A stretch of DNA of 63,496 nt, the filler included, from Octopus bimaculoides (Eukaryota): NCBI RefSeq assembly GCF_001194135.2. It is 4 parts of 4 records of this genome, joined end to end, with 100 filler letters (N's around TTAATTAATTAA, not from the genome) between each part and the next. Parts side by side here need not be neighbours in the genome. Positions count along the whole stretch, not along the records: positions 26,112 to 54,312 come from NC_068998.1; 3 more parts are not named here. One strand, given 5' to 3'. The notes beneath the pieces are model-generated. The model ran no database searches, had not been told where the DNA came from, and saw only the letters and a list, made by a program, of their open reading frames with translations. Within the stretch, counting starts at the first letter, position 1; each line of letters starts with the position of its first letter. Shown piece by piece: positions 40,058 through 53,055 of this stretch. A program made the translations under genes and the position numbers.

Positions 40058-41619
40058 CTTAAAGATCAAGAAAAGAAATTATCTGTAAATTCCAAAGTGA
40101 GAACAAAATTAAACTTTACAGAGACATACATCAATGCAGATAGAAACTGGTAACTGAGCAACTGTTGGTAGAGTAAAAGTCAAGCTTCTGATGAACCATG
40201 ACTATGATTTCACTTTCAAGCTTTTTATTTGGTTCCAACATCCTTTCACTTTCATAACTTCTGGTAAAACATTAACCATCTTTAGCTTTATTTCTGAGTC
40301 TCACACGAAAAAAATTACATATTCCGTAAAAGTGTTTATCAGCCCATGTGGTAATTAGGGTAATGGTGAAAAATCTGCGTGTATGTAAAGACAGAGGTGG
40401 CTGTGTGGTTAAGAAGTATGCTTCCCAATCTTTTAGTTTCGGGTTCAGTCCCATTGTGTTGCAGTTTGGGCTAGTGTCTACTATGAAAACCCTGGGCCAA
40501 CCAGAGTTTTGAGGCCTGTGGATGTGTGCACCATCTACCAAGTTCACTCACAAGGCTTTGGTCAACCTGACACTATAGTAAAAGGCAGTCACCCAAAATA
40601 AAGAGAGTAAAAGAGAAAAAGAGAGACAGAGGGATACATGCACACACATACAAACATCTATATTAACTTCTCCCATAACATATGTCATCAGGCATATAGC
40701 CATAGAAATTATGCCAAAGCAGACACTAGAGCACAATGCAGTCCTTGGAAACAGATGAGAGTAAGCAACAGCAAGAGCATCCGGCTATAGAAAAACCACC
40801 TCAATAAACTCTGTCCGACCCATGAAAGTGTAGTGACTAAGGAAGCCATATTTGGGTTGCTGCACATTAGCACAGTGGTGCATTCCCCACTTCAACCAAT
40901 TACAGCTGGCTGCGGAAGGATACCGATAGCAACTTCTGCCCAGCAGTACACCAACATAAGTTATTTCAGCTTCCCTGGCTCACATACACACCTTACATAC
41001 ACATACAGGCTTCAACTCGCACTACTGGTCTGCGGTTGAACATTATTCCTCTTTTACTACCTGCTAGCACTCTTGACATTACAAAATAAAATTCAATGTT
41101 ATTTCATAAATTCGCCATTTGGGTATTCTTTATCAACGTCTCTGTAAGGAATCATCTTAAAAGGATTCTCTCTTTAAACGGCCTTCTGAAACTATCTTCT
41201 ATACACATCATGTTACATAACAAACACATTACATATAGGAGATTTTATTCAATATTCTCATTAGCAACTCTCTCCTCTACATTAGTAAAAATACAAATAT
41301 TACAAACGCATGGAATAGTAGACATTAATACAATGATGATGATGATGATGATATACACATTCTATCATAAGCCTGCTCAATCAGAGATGATGTAGGGAGG
41401 AAGCTAAACAACAACAACATAACATTTTCTAAAACAACAATTAATCATCATCATCATCATCATAATCATCATTAAATGTCTGTTTTGCATGCTGGCATGG
41501 GTTAGGTGGTTCAACTGGAGATGGTAAGCTGGAGAGCTGCACCAGGCTCCAATCTGTCTTGGTTCGGTCTCTACAGCTGGATGCCCTTACTAATGCCATC
41601 CAATCCACAGAGTGTAACT

Positions 41620-41830
41620 CATCATCATCATCATCGTCGTCGTCGTTTAACGTCCGCTTTCCATGCTAGCATGGGTTGGACGATTTGACTGAGGACTGGT
41701 GAAACCGGATGGCAACACCAGGCTCCAATCTGATTTGGCAGAGTTTCTACAACTGGATGCCCTTCCTAACGCCAACCACTCAGAGAGTGTAGTTGGTGCT
41801 TTTACGTGTCACCGGCACGAAGGCCAGTCG
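41620..41830 (+). mobile_element. Third short interspersed repeat beginning at (CAT)n (TTTAACGTCCGCTTTCCATGC...GGATGCCCTTCCTAACGCCAACCAC)
   Basis: Copies near 26440-26640, 29350-29460, 30670-30830, 31030-31180(rev), 32030-32250(rev), 34378-34478(rev), 35060-35200, 35629-35865, 41450-41610, 42640-42705(rev). Confidence 0.75.
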
Positions 41831-42147
41831 CCACGCTCAAAATGGTGTATTTTAGGTGCCACCTGCACAGGAGCCAGTCCAGGGGCACTGGCAACGATCT
41901 CGCTCGAAAATCCTACAAAGGCACTGGCAACGATCAAGAGTGTAACTGGGTGTCTTTTACATATCATGCATCACTGGTACTGGTGCCTTTTATGCGTCAC
42001 TGGCATGGGTATCTTTCACATGTCACTGACACAGGTGCCTTCTGCATGTCACCAGCATGGGTGCTTTTATATGTCAGTGGCAAAGGCCACAACTATGATG
42101 TCACTTAATGTGTATAATAATCACTCTACGTTGCAGTGTATACTTAC

Positions 42148-42395
42148 ATATTATCAATAAGTTTTTTCGAAGTTTCCAAAGAAAATGCATCAGAACCAAA
42201 GAATAGAATATTCCAAGGAGGCTTTTTCTTTCGAATTGTTTTGCTTGTCTTTGTAGATTCATGCAATTTCCCAATATTGATTCTGGATTTGAAAAGTTTG
42301 GAACAGAAGGTATTAAGAGATGGCCATAACTGCCCTAAGTTTTTATCTAATAAATGGTATCTACTGTTTCTTATTGAAAAGTTAGCAGCATTCAT
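42148..42395 (-). CDS. MTFMT: Mitochondrial methionyl-tRNA formyltransferase, coding exon 1 (putative targeting peptide + start of formyltransferase domain)
   Basis: Reads MNAANFSIRNSRYHLL...KKKPPWNILFFGSDAFSLETSKKLIDN(M), matching the MTFMT N-terminal PPWxxLFFGxD motif. ATG at 42395 has A at -3. Phase-2 donor AT|GTAAGT at 42147. Possible acceptor TTGCAG after a polypyrimidine tract at 42471. Confidence 0.88.
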
Positions 42396-43609
42396 TGTCA
42401 CAGCTTCAAGATTTGATATTAAGATCTTCAAGGATCTGCTTGTAATGTTGTTTATTGGTTAATCCATTACCTGCAATTTAAAGAAGGATTGATAAAGACA
42501 TAAAGAGAGTGAAAGAGAAAAAGAGATAGATGGATACATGCACACACATCTATAGCAACCTTTCCCATAACATATATAATAAGGCAAACAGCCATAGAAA
42601 TGATACCACAGTAGATCCTGGAACACGATGTAATCCTTGGAGCCATCGGGTCCTGTCAAACCGTCCAACTCATGACAGCATGGAACAGATGTTAAATGAT
42701 GATGATAATGGTGACAGGGGTAGAATATTCTCCCTGCTGTTGACCACTAAACTCTTAAGGTTGCAATGAAAACATCTATCATCCGACAGAGTAATCCAAT
42801 GGTGCCTATTTACAGCTAGGTAGACTGAGCCATAAATATGAAAGTGTTATACCAGAGACAATGCTCAATACGATGTGAATTATCAACACTGACCAAGTAA
42901 ATTATGGTGTTCTTGAAATGTCATCTATTCAATCATTTTTCAAAAGAACGATTCAATAATTGTTGATATTCATCAATAAAACTTAATCCTTATCATTCGT
43001 CTAATCAGTCATTTAAAAATAAGTTTCTAATTAGTAAAAAAAATAGCGAAAGAGTCCGAATACCTCTTAGCAAGTCTCAGTGAATTAATTCTACTTCAAT
43101 AAGTCAGTATTGTCTACTTATACTGCAGACATCTTCAATGAATCGATAAATATATGAATTGAACAACTTCTCCAGTCAACTGGTCAAGTTGTTCCCTTCA
43201 AGCAGTTGACATAAGTTCCTTAAAATTCACACAAAAGATTCGGTAGGGGCACTGTTTTGAACAATACCTATTACCCTCAAACAAGAGTTAATTTACTATT
43301 ATTGACATTAAAGAAATAGAAATAGATTTACAAATTCTGGGGGGAAAAAAGTGATAAAAACTTTGTGTTTGTCAAAGAAAGCTACAATAATGTTTTAGTG
43401 AAAGTTAAAGAAAGCTACAATAATGTTTTAGTGAAAGTTAAAGAATGTTAATACGATATAACAGTGATACTCAACCATTTCTTGCCTATGGGTCCCGTTA
43501 ATTCCTATTTTATTCTATTGGGCCCCTATAGCCATTCAATGTTAAAAAAAAAATTATTATGTTTTTTATGATAAAATATCATAAGGAATTGCATAAAAAT
43601 ATTTTTTGC

Positions 43610-44001
43610 AAGCTGTGTGGTAAGTAGCTTGCTTACCAACCACATGGTTCCGAGTTCAGTCCCACTGCATGGCACCTTGGGCAAGTGTCTTCTACTATTG
43701 CCTCAGGCCGACCAAAGCCTTGTGAGTGGATTTAGTAGACGGAAACTGAAGGAAGCCCGTCGTATATATGTATCTACATATATGTATGAGTGTGTATATG
43801 TTTGTGTGTCTGTGTTTGTCCCCCCAACATCGCCTGACAACCGATGCTGGTGTGTTTACGTCCCCGCAACCTATTGGTTCGGCAAAAGAGACCGATAGAA
43901 TAAGTACTAGGCTTCCAAAGAATAAGTCATGGGGTCGACCTGCTCGGCTAAAAGCGGTGTTCCAGCATGGCTAGTCAAATGACTGAAACAAGTAAAAGAG
44001 T
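43610..44001 (+). mobile_element. Abundant SINE family with an internal (TA)/(TG) microsatellite, reference copy
   Basis: GCTGTGTGGTAAG...GGTTCAGTCCCAC head, AAAGCCTTGTGAGTGGATT core, tail AATGACTGAAACAAGTAAAAGAG. Other copies (approximate): 9280-9685(-), 11711-12145(+), 20720-21500(-), 27195-27925(-), 27945-28330(-), 33450-33630(-), 33826-34205(+), 34212-34602(-), 35465-36202(+), 36680-36940(-), 59590-59761(+). Confidence 0.85.
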
Positions 44002-45826
44002 ATGGAAGACGCCAAGGGTCAAATAGACTCCACTTGAGAACCATTGCAATACAGGGCCACATACGTAATAAAGGAACTAAAAATAAACCAATGTCGGTTC
44101 ATGGATCTTCAAGAGCAATAAAAATCATAAATTTATAGCAGTCTATAAAAAAAATGCTTTTTTTAATGATAACGAAGGATGGTGGATATCGTCTGCAACA
44201 ACGTCAAGGTTATTCAATCCTAGAATTGGTAAATAACGGTCAGTGTTGGCATGAATTGACTAGGGAATGAAACGAAACTGGGTGAGTATTGGTGTGGATG
44301 TTAGAAGTAAAGTATCTGCGACAATATTCTGTAACTTGAGAGTTAGGTGTACAGCATTGTCTCTGACCTGGCGAAAAGCGTGGTTTCGCCAATATACAGG
44401 ATTGTGTTATTGAACATTCTATGGAATATTCAGAATAACAATCTGGCTATGAAAGTCAACTGCAAAAAAAAACAAATGATCTCACTAGAAGTATTTATAA
44501 CAAATTTCTATATAATAATGTCCTTAACAATGTAGAAAGAACTTAAAATTGAATAGCAACAACAAACAACTTCGAAATATTAAATATTCGTTCAATAATT
44601 TACCAAACATTAACAAAAGTTAAGCGAAAATAAAACTCGACTGTGTGTAAATTAGTTATGTGAAAGGGAACGAAGAAGAGTCTGGAAAGGTTTTGCGGGA
44701 ATAATGATAAATAAATAAATAGTAATTAACGAACCAGTTTCGCTTGCCGGGTCGCATGGAGCATACCGGTGATTGAAATGCGAAACTATTCAAACGACTA
44801 ATCAAGAGTATGATAAACAAGAACGATGAGGAAATTTCATCAGCATTCGTTTTATTATCTAAACGAATTACTAGTTTAGTTTAACAGGTTTATTTTGTGG
44901 TTGAATGTTCATATGTTGAATGTGCAGGGTAAGTTGTTCATGAAAGTTTTTCAACACATCTAGGATATAACAATTCTGTTCTTTAGCTTAAGTCATGCGA
45001 TTGGCTGAAGAGTTATTCCCCTTAGCTCGGTTGCGCGCGCGCTCCCTCTCTTCCTTTCTTTCCCTCTTTTTCACTCTCTTTCTCTCTGTGGTAATTGTAA
45101 GTTCTGAGTTCAATTTCTGTCTTGGTCGACTTTGCCTTTCGTCCTATCAGGATCGATAAAATAAGTACCAGTTTAGTAATGGGTCAATGTAATCGACTTA
45201 CTCACTTCTCCGAAATTGCTGGTCTGTACCAAAATTTGAAACCAATATACAATAATTCTGTTAAACCATTTACAAAATCATTGAAATATCTGTCAAAATC
45301 CCTGTAACATTTGGTTACAGCTTGTCACGTTCTAAGTTTAAATTTCGTCGAGGTCAACTTTGCCTCTCATCTTCCCGGGGTCGATAGAATATAATACAGT
45401 TTAGTTACGTTAGTTTTTATGGGTCAGAGAGTGACCACTGTTTTCACACCTATAAAGCTCTTAGTTGCATAGACGATTCGTCAGACTCAAATAGACGGAG
45501 GCTCATAACCTTTCAATCACTAAAGGGAGGAAAACGTCATACAAAAAGAAAATGTACATCTAGAATGAGCAGGTTGGTGGCGTTTCATTCGACACGGAGT
45601 TATCTCCCTTACATCAATTCCGACCATGATGGTTTCCGAAGTTGCTGTCGTGGTTCTATTCAACAAATGGAGAGTTCCATGTTTGTTACAGGAAACGTCT
45701 CTGAGGCGGACATTTACTAAACACTTCTTTGGGCGTGGCGAGTCACCTACACAGTTAAGCCATTTATAGGTGCCAAACTAATGGTCTTTCTGACTGGCCA
45801 TAAATATATTTTAGAGTGTTTTAGAG

Positions 45827-46165
45827 CAGTGATTCCCAACGTGGTCCCTAGGACCCACCCGTGGTCCCCAGAGAATTTCTAGTTGGTCCCCAGAGGATTC
45901 GTAGCCATAAAAAAATTTAAGCCATTTCAGATCTACACAGTATTGTTCGATAATAAAGAGGATCTTTCTGATTTGGCGGACACCATTTTTTATTTAGTGT
46001 GTTTTCTACCGAAATGCTTTAAAACTTCGTATACTTGTATATTTTGTCTTATAGAACAGAAAAAAAAAATTATATTCGAAGTTATTCCATGCTAAAAGTT
46101 GTCGTATTTCGGTAATTTCAACCAATCACTGACGTCTATTGAGATGAAAATAATTACTGCTGTGG
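45827..46165 (+). mobile_element. Probable hAT-type non-autonomous element, left end
   Basis: Starts CAGTGATTCCCAAC with subterminal GTGGTCCC repeats. The right TIR was not seen. Confidence 0.45.
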
Positions 46166-46335
46166 NNNNNNNNNNNNNNNNNNNNNNNNNNNNNNNNNNN
46201 NNNNNNNNNNNNNNNNNNNNNNNNNNNNNNNNNNNNNNNNNNNNNNNNNNNNNNNNNNNNNNNNNNNNNNNNNNNNNNNNNNNNNNNNNNNNNNNNNNNN
46301 NNNNNNNNNNNNNNNNNNNNNNNNNNNNNNNNNNN

Positions 46336-46427
46336 TTTAGAGTTAGGGTTAGGGTTTTAGGGTCAGGGTTAGGGTTTTAGGGGCTAGGGATAGGGTTTTA
46401 GAGTTAGGGTTAGGGTTAGGATTTTAG
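46336..46427 (+). repeat. Degenerate telomere-like (TTAGGG)n tract next to a gap
   Basis: TTAGGGTTAGGG units mixed with TTTTAGGG, TCAGGG and TTAGAG variants. Confidence 0.75.
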
Positions 46428-46504
46428 ATAGCTATTATCCAATCAACTGAAACAAGTAGAATAATGTAATTCAAGCATATTGGCAGTAGCTAATAAACCT
46501 TTCT

Positions 46505-47340
46505 ATTATAGGCACAGCGTAGCAAGAGTGAGGAGCGAGCTGGTCCACTCCGGGCGACGTTTTGGGAGATTTGCTGTATAAGCCTGCATAGGGTTGGGGG
46601 ACCAGGGGAGGAAGCAAGCTAAAGGGCTGCCTGGGACGGATGAGAGATTTGCATACAGTTTGCTTGTGCAAGTGCTGCTAATGGAAAGCTCCACTTACCG
46701 AACAAAAGTAGGTCTCAGGAGTCTTCAGGAGAGATTGCGCACCGTTTCGGGATCTTACTCTCGATGGCTATAAATCGAATGGGTCCCACTCACTGATATG
46801 AGGCATCGCCTACTGGATCGACAGACTAGTATTTAACCATCAACATTGGACCTTAAGTTCTTTTTGCACACTTTGTCTTCTAAAGTTTTGTAACGGGCCT
46901 TCTCATTTGAAGTTGATTTCTTCATAATTTTTTTCAGGTGAAGAGGTATCTTAACCTTATGATTTTTAGTTAGAAGTTAGCTTCAATTGAAGCATTTATT
47001 GGTCCCCTGTTGTTCGACCCCTGGAATGATTTACTTCAAGTTTGACGTTCAGGTGACCTACTCTGCTTCGACTTCTTCATACACATCATACACCTTGATG
47101 GATCTTGAATCCTACTTCGGTACCAAATGTTTTATGACACTGCCTGCACTCGTAGAAGCTTCTGGTCTTTTCTCTATTCCAATGTGCTAGTCCTATTTCT
47201 GATTTCAATTCTGTATTTTCTTGTATATCCTTGTTTCGTTCTCTCCTCCCTGTTCTCGATCAATCACGGGGCTGTCATTCACTTTAGTCAACGTTAATCT
47301 TTTCCACAAAACGCAAAAGGCCTTAAATTCTTGAGGAAGT
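46505..47340 (-). mobile_element. Decayed non-LTR retroelement remnant with an N-terminal zinc finger (HERO/R2-group-like)
   Basis: The minus strand near 47086-47158 reads FYECRQCHKTFGTEVGFKIHQGV*C, resembling the CxxC...GLKIHQ..C N-terminal finger of R2-group/HERO elements. The rest is unresolved. Confidence 0.4.
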
Positions 47341-48160
47341 GCTGCTAGATGACTACATAACCCCAAGTGTTCAATAAGTATTTATTTTATTTTCCCCGAA
47401 ATGATGAACGACAAATTTGAACTCAGAACGTAAGATGAAAGAAATGCCGCTGAACATGTTGTCCAATGTGCTAACAATTCAGTCAGTTTACCTCCTGAAA
47501 CAATTCTGAAATAAAGGCAAAACAATTTGTTTGCTTTATTCTTTGATTGGCAAATGAAGGTGGCCAATATATTTCCATTTGACGTTAAGCACTTGTTAAA
47601 ATTATTTGTGGTTTATGAACATAAATAATTTGGACAGGGGCATCATACTAGCATTATCATTTTGCAACAAGACTCCAAATTTCGCAAATGTCGATTTTGC
47701 CAGTTATCCTGTCGGGGACGATGAATTATTTCGTAACAACACTAAATATGTTTGAAATATGTCTAAATATTCTAAATATCAAATATGGTTCCACATGGTA
47801 TCCAAGAATGATGTATTTCAATCATTTAAGTAAACGAATAAAGAATGTTTGATAATCCTGTTGCTTAGCATTTCATACTTTGACTATATTAGAGGTATTC
47901 AGGAGTTAAATTGGTACAACCAAGATGTCCTGGTCATCTAATGAGTGTGCTTTCTTAATTTGCATTAATTTATGAATTCTGGGATACCATGAGGGACCAT
48001 ATTTTGATGCTGAACATACATATTAATGCAAATGTACGTATAATTTATTGCATACTGAAATTAATACTACATAAAGAAAGTTGTGAAACGACCGTAACTT
48101 TACGGAAGTTTCATGGTTAAATAAATACATTTTCACGTCTCATACCGCCCGGCGTGACGC

Positions 48161-48195
<35 letters not shown>

Positions 48196-48949
48196 TCATA
48201 TGATGATATCTCCACAATGTGTTGATGAGATAAACATGTAATCATTACCAAAACAGCAAAAATTCGTCCACAAAGGTCTATAGTAGACTCCTTATGGATC
48301 GATCTCCTTGGTTATATATCAAAAATTTAAATGAGAGTTTTGACGCTAATATCCATTATTATTGAAGTTTATTTCCTATGTCAACATTTCTGTATAAGGT
48401 TATATTTAACTGTTAAATTCAAGTTAAATAAATAAATTACCTTACACATTTTCAGGGTAAAAGGTAAAGAGTAAACACCAAAAACATAGTCTCTAAGTCT
48501 GGTTCATATTCAAATTTCTCCTTAAATAAATTCCTCCTTAAATAAAGGTCCGTCTAAGGGAGAAAACCCTCATAATATTATTAATTATAAACAATCAAAT
48601 ATTACAAATTATTGATTCTTGGTAATATTGATTCCTGGTAATAAATTCTAAATCAATGGAAATCTATATTATATTATCTCTAGAAACTTTAGCAAATAAA
48701 CACAAATACAATTGTTATTGGTAAATTATACATTGATATGCCCTGCCTTTAAACCTAATATTATACTATAATATACTATAATACCCGATCATACTGAAAT
48801 TTATAATTTATTTAAACCAGAGAATGTGTGTCTCGGATAACGGCTACATCTGAAAGCATTATATGTGAGTTTATTTATTAACTTACCCTTAGAGAGTAAT
48901 ATAAAATATAATTCTAGATTACACAACGAGCAATATCTCTTACCTTTGT

Positions 48950-49151
48950 CATAAGGGAAAGATTTCCCAATAATTGACCATTCTAATGAATATTGCTTTT
49001 TCTTGTTCCTTCAGTTCCCAAATGAATTTACTAAGACTAGTACTCGCTATTTTACTTCTATCTCTAAAGGTACTATAATGATTAGATAATCTTTTACAGA
49101 TTTGTCCCGAAGAACACCCCAAGTATAGGCTAACATCTGTCTGAGTCTTTA
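48950..49151 (-). mobile_element. Penelope-like element GIY-YIG endonuclease fragment
   Basis: KTQTDVSLYLGCSSGQICKRLSNHYSTFRDRSKIASTSLSKFIWELKE. Truncated by a gap. Confidence 0.7.
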
Positions 49152-50559
49152 NNNNNNNNNNNNNNNNNNNNNNNNNNNNNNNNNNNNNNNNNNNNNNNNN
49201 NNNNNNNNNNNNNNNNNNNNNNNNNNNNNNNNNNNNNNNNNNNNNNNNNNNNNNNNNNNNNNNNNNNNNNNNNNNNNNNNNNNNNNNNNNNNNNNNNNNN
49301 NNNNNNNNNNNNNNNNNNNNNNNNNNNNNNNNNNNNNNNNNNNNNNNNNNNNNNNNNNNNNNNNNNNNNNNNNNNNNNNNNNNNNNNNNNNNNNNNNNNN
49401 NNNNNNNNNNNNNNNNNNNNNNNNNNNNNNNNNNNNNNNNNNNNNNNNNNNNNNNNNNNNNNNNNNNNNNNNNNNNNNNNNNNNNNNNNNNNNNNNNNNN
49501 NNNNNNNNNNNNNNNNNNNNNNNNNNNNNNNNNNNNNNNNNNNNNNNNNNNNNNNNNNNNNNNNNNNNNNNNNNNNNNNNNNNNNNNNNNNNNNNNNNNN
49601 NNNNNNNNNNNNNNNNNNNNNNNNNNNNNNNNNNNNNNNNNNNNNNNNNNNNNNNNNNNNNNNNNNNNNNNNNNNNNNNNNNNNNNNNNNNNNNNNNNNN
49701 NNNNNNNNNNNNNNNNNNNNNNNNNNNNNNNNNNNNNNNNNNNNNNNNNNNNNNNNNNNNNNNNNNNNNNNNNNNNNNNNNNNNNNNNNNNNNNNNNNNN
49801 NNNNNNNNNNNNNNNNNNNNNNNNNNNNNNNNNNNNNNNNNNNNNNNNNNNNNNNNNNNNNNNNNNNNNNNNNNNNNNNNNNNNNNNNNNNNNNNNNNNN
49901 NNNNNNNNNNNNNNNNNNNNNNNNNNNNNNNNNNNNNNNNNNNNNNNNNNNNNNNNNNNNNNNNNNNNNNNNNNNNNNNNNNNNNNNNNNNNNNNNNNNN
50001 NNNNNNNNNNNNNNNNNNNNNNNNNNNNNNNNNNNNNNNNNNNNNNNNNNNNNNNNNNATATATATATATATATATATAGGAAATCTTGTTGCTGGAAAT
50101 GCACCTGAATTTGAAAAATTTGTAATTGTTTTTAAATAAATTCATTTACATACACACCAAACTAGTTTCAACAATATTTTTTGTTTATCAATGGTAGAAA
50201 TTTGAAATTGCGAAGTAGAAAAACATGTTTACAAGATTCAATATCAAACATTTAAATGTTCACAACATTCATTCATATAAAAAGTATGGGTCATCTCGTT
50301 TAAGTGTACAGAATTTAATAGTTTTAGAAGTGATCGATATGAAATGTGGATCACCAAAGGTTCGGTCATATTGAGTCAAGATTCAATAATATCAAATATG
50401 ATTTAAATGTTCACAACATTCAATAATATAAAAAATGTGGATCATCTTATTTAAATGCACATAATTCAATTGTGTTAGAAGTGATCAACAAGAAATGTGA
50501 ATAACTAAAGGTTAAGAGGGAGAAATGAAGATAGTAAAAAAAAGGGTTTTCTGTGATTC

Positions 50560-51845
50560 TTTTTTCCGTCGTATGCAGGGATTTTCGCTTGTAACGAAGT
50601 TTTTTGGGGATGCAGTGCATTTATAATTTTTTTTCCGTGAACGGATCTGATTTTTGATTCGTTAAAATACTGATGACATCATATTTTTCTAGTGGTTATG
50701 TTTGTCGTTCTGCCTGGTTGACTTCCCTGTGGGGAACGGTCATCAACCATTCCAGCTGGTTGATTCTCTTAAAAAATCATTTTGTTGTATTTACTGAAAT
50801 TCGGTTTTGACCGGAGGTAAAATTTCATTGACCTAAAGTTAGGTGATATCAGCAACTGGTGTTTGTAAAATTTAATTGGTCTAGAGTTAGGTGGTGTCAG
50901 CAACTGATGTTTGTATGGTGTTATTGTATGGTGATTTGAAGTTGCGGTTTCGAAACCCGCGTGGAAGACGATCACTAGAGCTTTTTTTAATTATGTCTGT
51001 TGTATCTGGTTGTTTTTGTGTGGAGAAATTGGGTCTTTTTCCTTTTTTTTTATGTGTTTTTTCTTCTTTCTAAAAGATATTCAGCTATGGTTTATATTTT
51101 TTAAGGAGCATGCTTTCCTTATTCAAACGGAATTGGGTTGAAGTGTTTCTCGTTCATTGATAGAGAGGGAAGATTTGGTATTTATGTTTGCAGGACATTG
51201 GTTTGGATGTTTGCATACGGGAATTTTCCCGGTCGTGGGGTCCCGGATTTGTTGCCTGTGTACCGTCAGTCTGTCCATCAAGGTCAAACTATTTTGACCT
51301 ACGTAGTCTCCATCACTCATCACATTTAAGAACATAGATTAAGTTCTTCGATGCACAGGTGAAGTGATTTTTATGGTAAAAGTTTGATCCAACTTAAATT
51401 TGTATTTTGAGACCTCTAAGAGGAAGATGCAAGTCCCGCAGTTAGGGCGGTTGCTCTTTTTGACTAGTGGGGTTGTATTTTTGATGGGTAATTTGGCGCT
51501 GGTGAGTAACTTTTTTTTAGGGATTGCGGTTGTCTCTTGCTTTTGATAATCCTACGTTTTTCCAGTGCCTTTTTCATTCGTAGGTCATTCCTAAGGAGGC
51601 GTATGTTTTGGTGGATGATGTTGTATGCTTCCATATTCTTCGGATTTTCAACAACAAATTTTCCTATGCTTTTTCCTGCATGGAAATACACCCCCTCTTT
51701 TCTGTTATAAATTTGTGATGAGTCCGAGTGACGCTGATGACCTATATACTTGAAGTCAGTGTTGGTGGAAATTATATCAGCATGCATTATTAAATTTATA
51801 CTCGGGCTATGCCCGAACAGCCCGAGTGCCGGAGTCGCCAGTAAT
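50560..51845 (-). mobile_element. Penelope-like element 3' fragment (linker + GIY-YIG), decayed
   Basis: YVGQNSLTLMDRLTVHRQQIRDPTTGKIPVCKH (YVG-x-RxxxH). Upstream IIKSKRQPQSLKK resembles the PLE linker. Contains frameshifts. Confidence 0.7.
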
Positions 51846-52071
51846 ATATATATATATATATATATATAAGCTAAAGAGGAAAACAATTAATCAAGGCAGG
51901 ACAATGGCATTTAAATTCATTTAGTTTATTTTAATTTAAGAGAGTTAATGGTAATGCAATGTAGGTAGAATTGATACATACATACATACATATATATATA
52001 TATATAATATAATATAATATAATATAATATTATATTATATTATATTATATTATATTATATTATATTATATT

Positions 52072-52198
52072 AAGGGCTATTACTATAAATAACGCCTCAC
52101 GCAGTAATGGGAAGTCAAGCTACTTCAATAAATATACACAGTAGTTTGACTTTAGAGTCCCATTACTGTGCGACGAGTTACTTATAGTAATAGCCTTT
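52072..52198. repeat. ~127-bp imperfect hairpin / small MITE-like inverted repeat
   Basis: GGCTATTACTATA...GCAGTAATGGGA-AGTCAAGCTACT pairs with AGTAGTTTGACT..TCCCATTACTG...TATAGTAATAGCC. Confidence 0.75.
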
Positions 52199-53055
52199 CA
52201 TATAATATATATATATATATANNNNNNNNNNNNNNNNNNNNNNNNNNNNNNNNNNNNNNNNNNNNNNNNNNNNNNNNNNNNNNNNNNNNNNNNNNNNNNN
52301 NNNNNNNNNNNNNNNNNNNNNNNNNNNNNNNNNNNNNNNNNNNNNNNNNNNNNNNNNNNNNNNNNNNNNNNNNNNNNNNNNNNNNNNNNNNNNNNNNNNN
52401 NNNNNNNNNNNNNNNNNNNNNNNNNNNNNNNNNNNNNNNNNNNNNNNNNNNNNNNNNNNNNNNNNNNNNNNNNNNNNNNNNNNNNNNNNNNNNNNNNNNN
52501 NNNNNNNNNNNNNNNNNNNNNNNNNNNNNNNNNNNNNNNNNNNNNNNNNNNNNNNNNNNNNNNNNNNNNNNNNNNNNNNNNNNNNNNNNNNNNNNNNNNN
52601 NNNNNNNNNNNNNNNNNNNNNNNNNNNNNNNNNNNNNNNNNNNNNNNNNNNNNNNNNNNNNNNNNNNNNNNNNNNNNNNNNNNNNNNNNNNNNNNNNNNN
52701 NNNNNNNNNNNNNNNNNNNNNNNNNNNNNNNNNNNNNNNNNNNNNNNNNNNNNNNNNNNNNNNNNNNNNNNNNNNNNNNNNNNNNNNNNNNNNNNNNNNN
52801 NNNNNNNNNNNNNNNNNNNNNNNNNNNNNNNNNNNNNNNNNNNNNNNNNNNNNNNNNNNNNNNNNNNNNNNNNNNNNNNNNNNNNNNNNNNNNNNNNNNN
52901 NNNNNNNNNNNNNNNNNNNNNNNNNNNNNNNNNNNNNNNNNNNNNNNNNNNNNNNNNNNNNNNNNNNNNNNNNNNNNNNNNNNNNNNNNNNNNNNNNNNN
53001 NNNNNNNNNNNNNNNNNNNNNNNNNNNNNNNNNNNNNNNNNNNNNNNNNNNNNNT

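Noticed and set aside
43372-43445. 33-bp tandem duplication
   Set aside because: Two copies, no spacers; ordinary slippage, not CRISPR-like.
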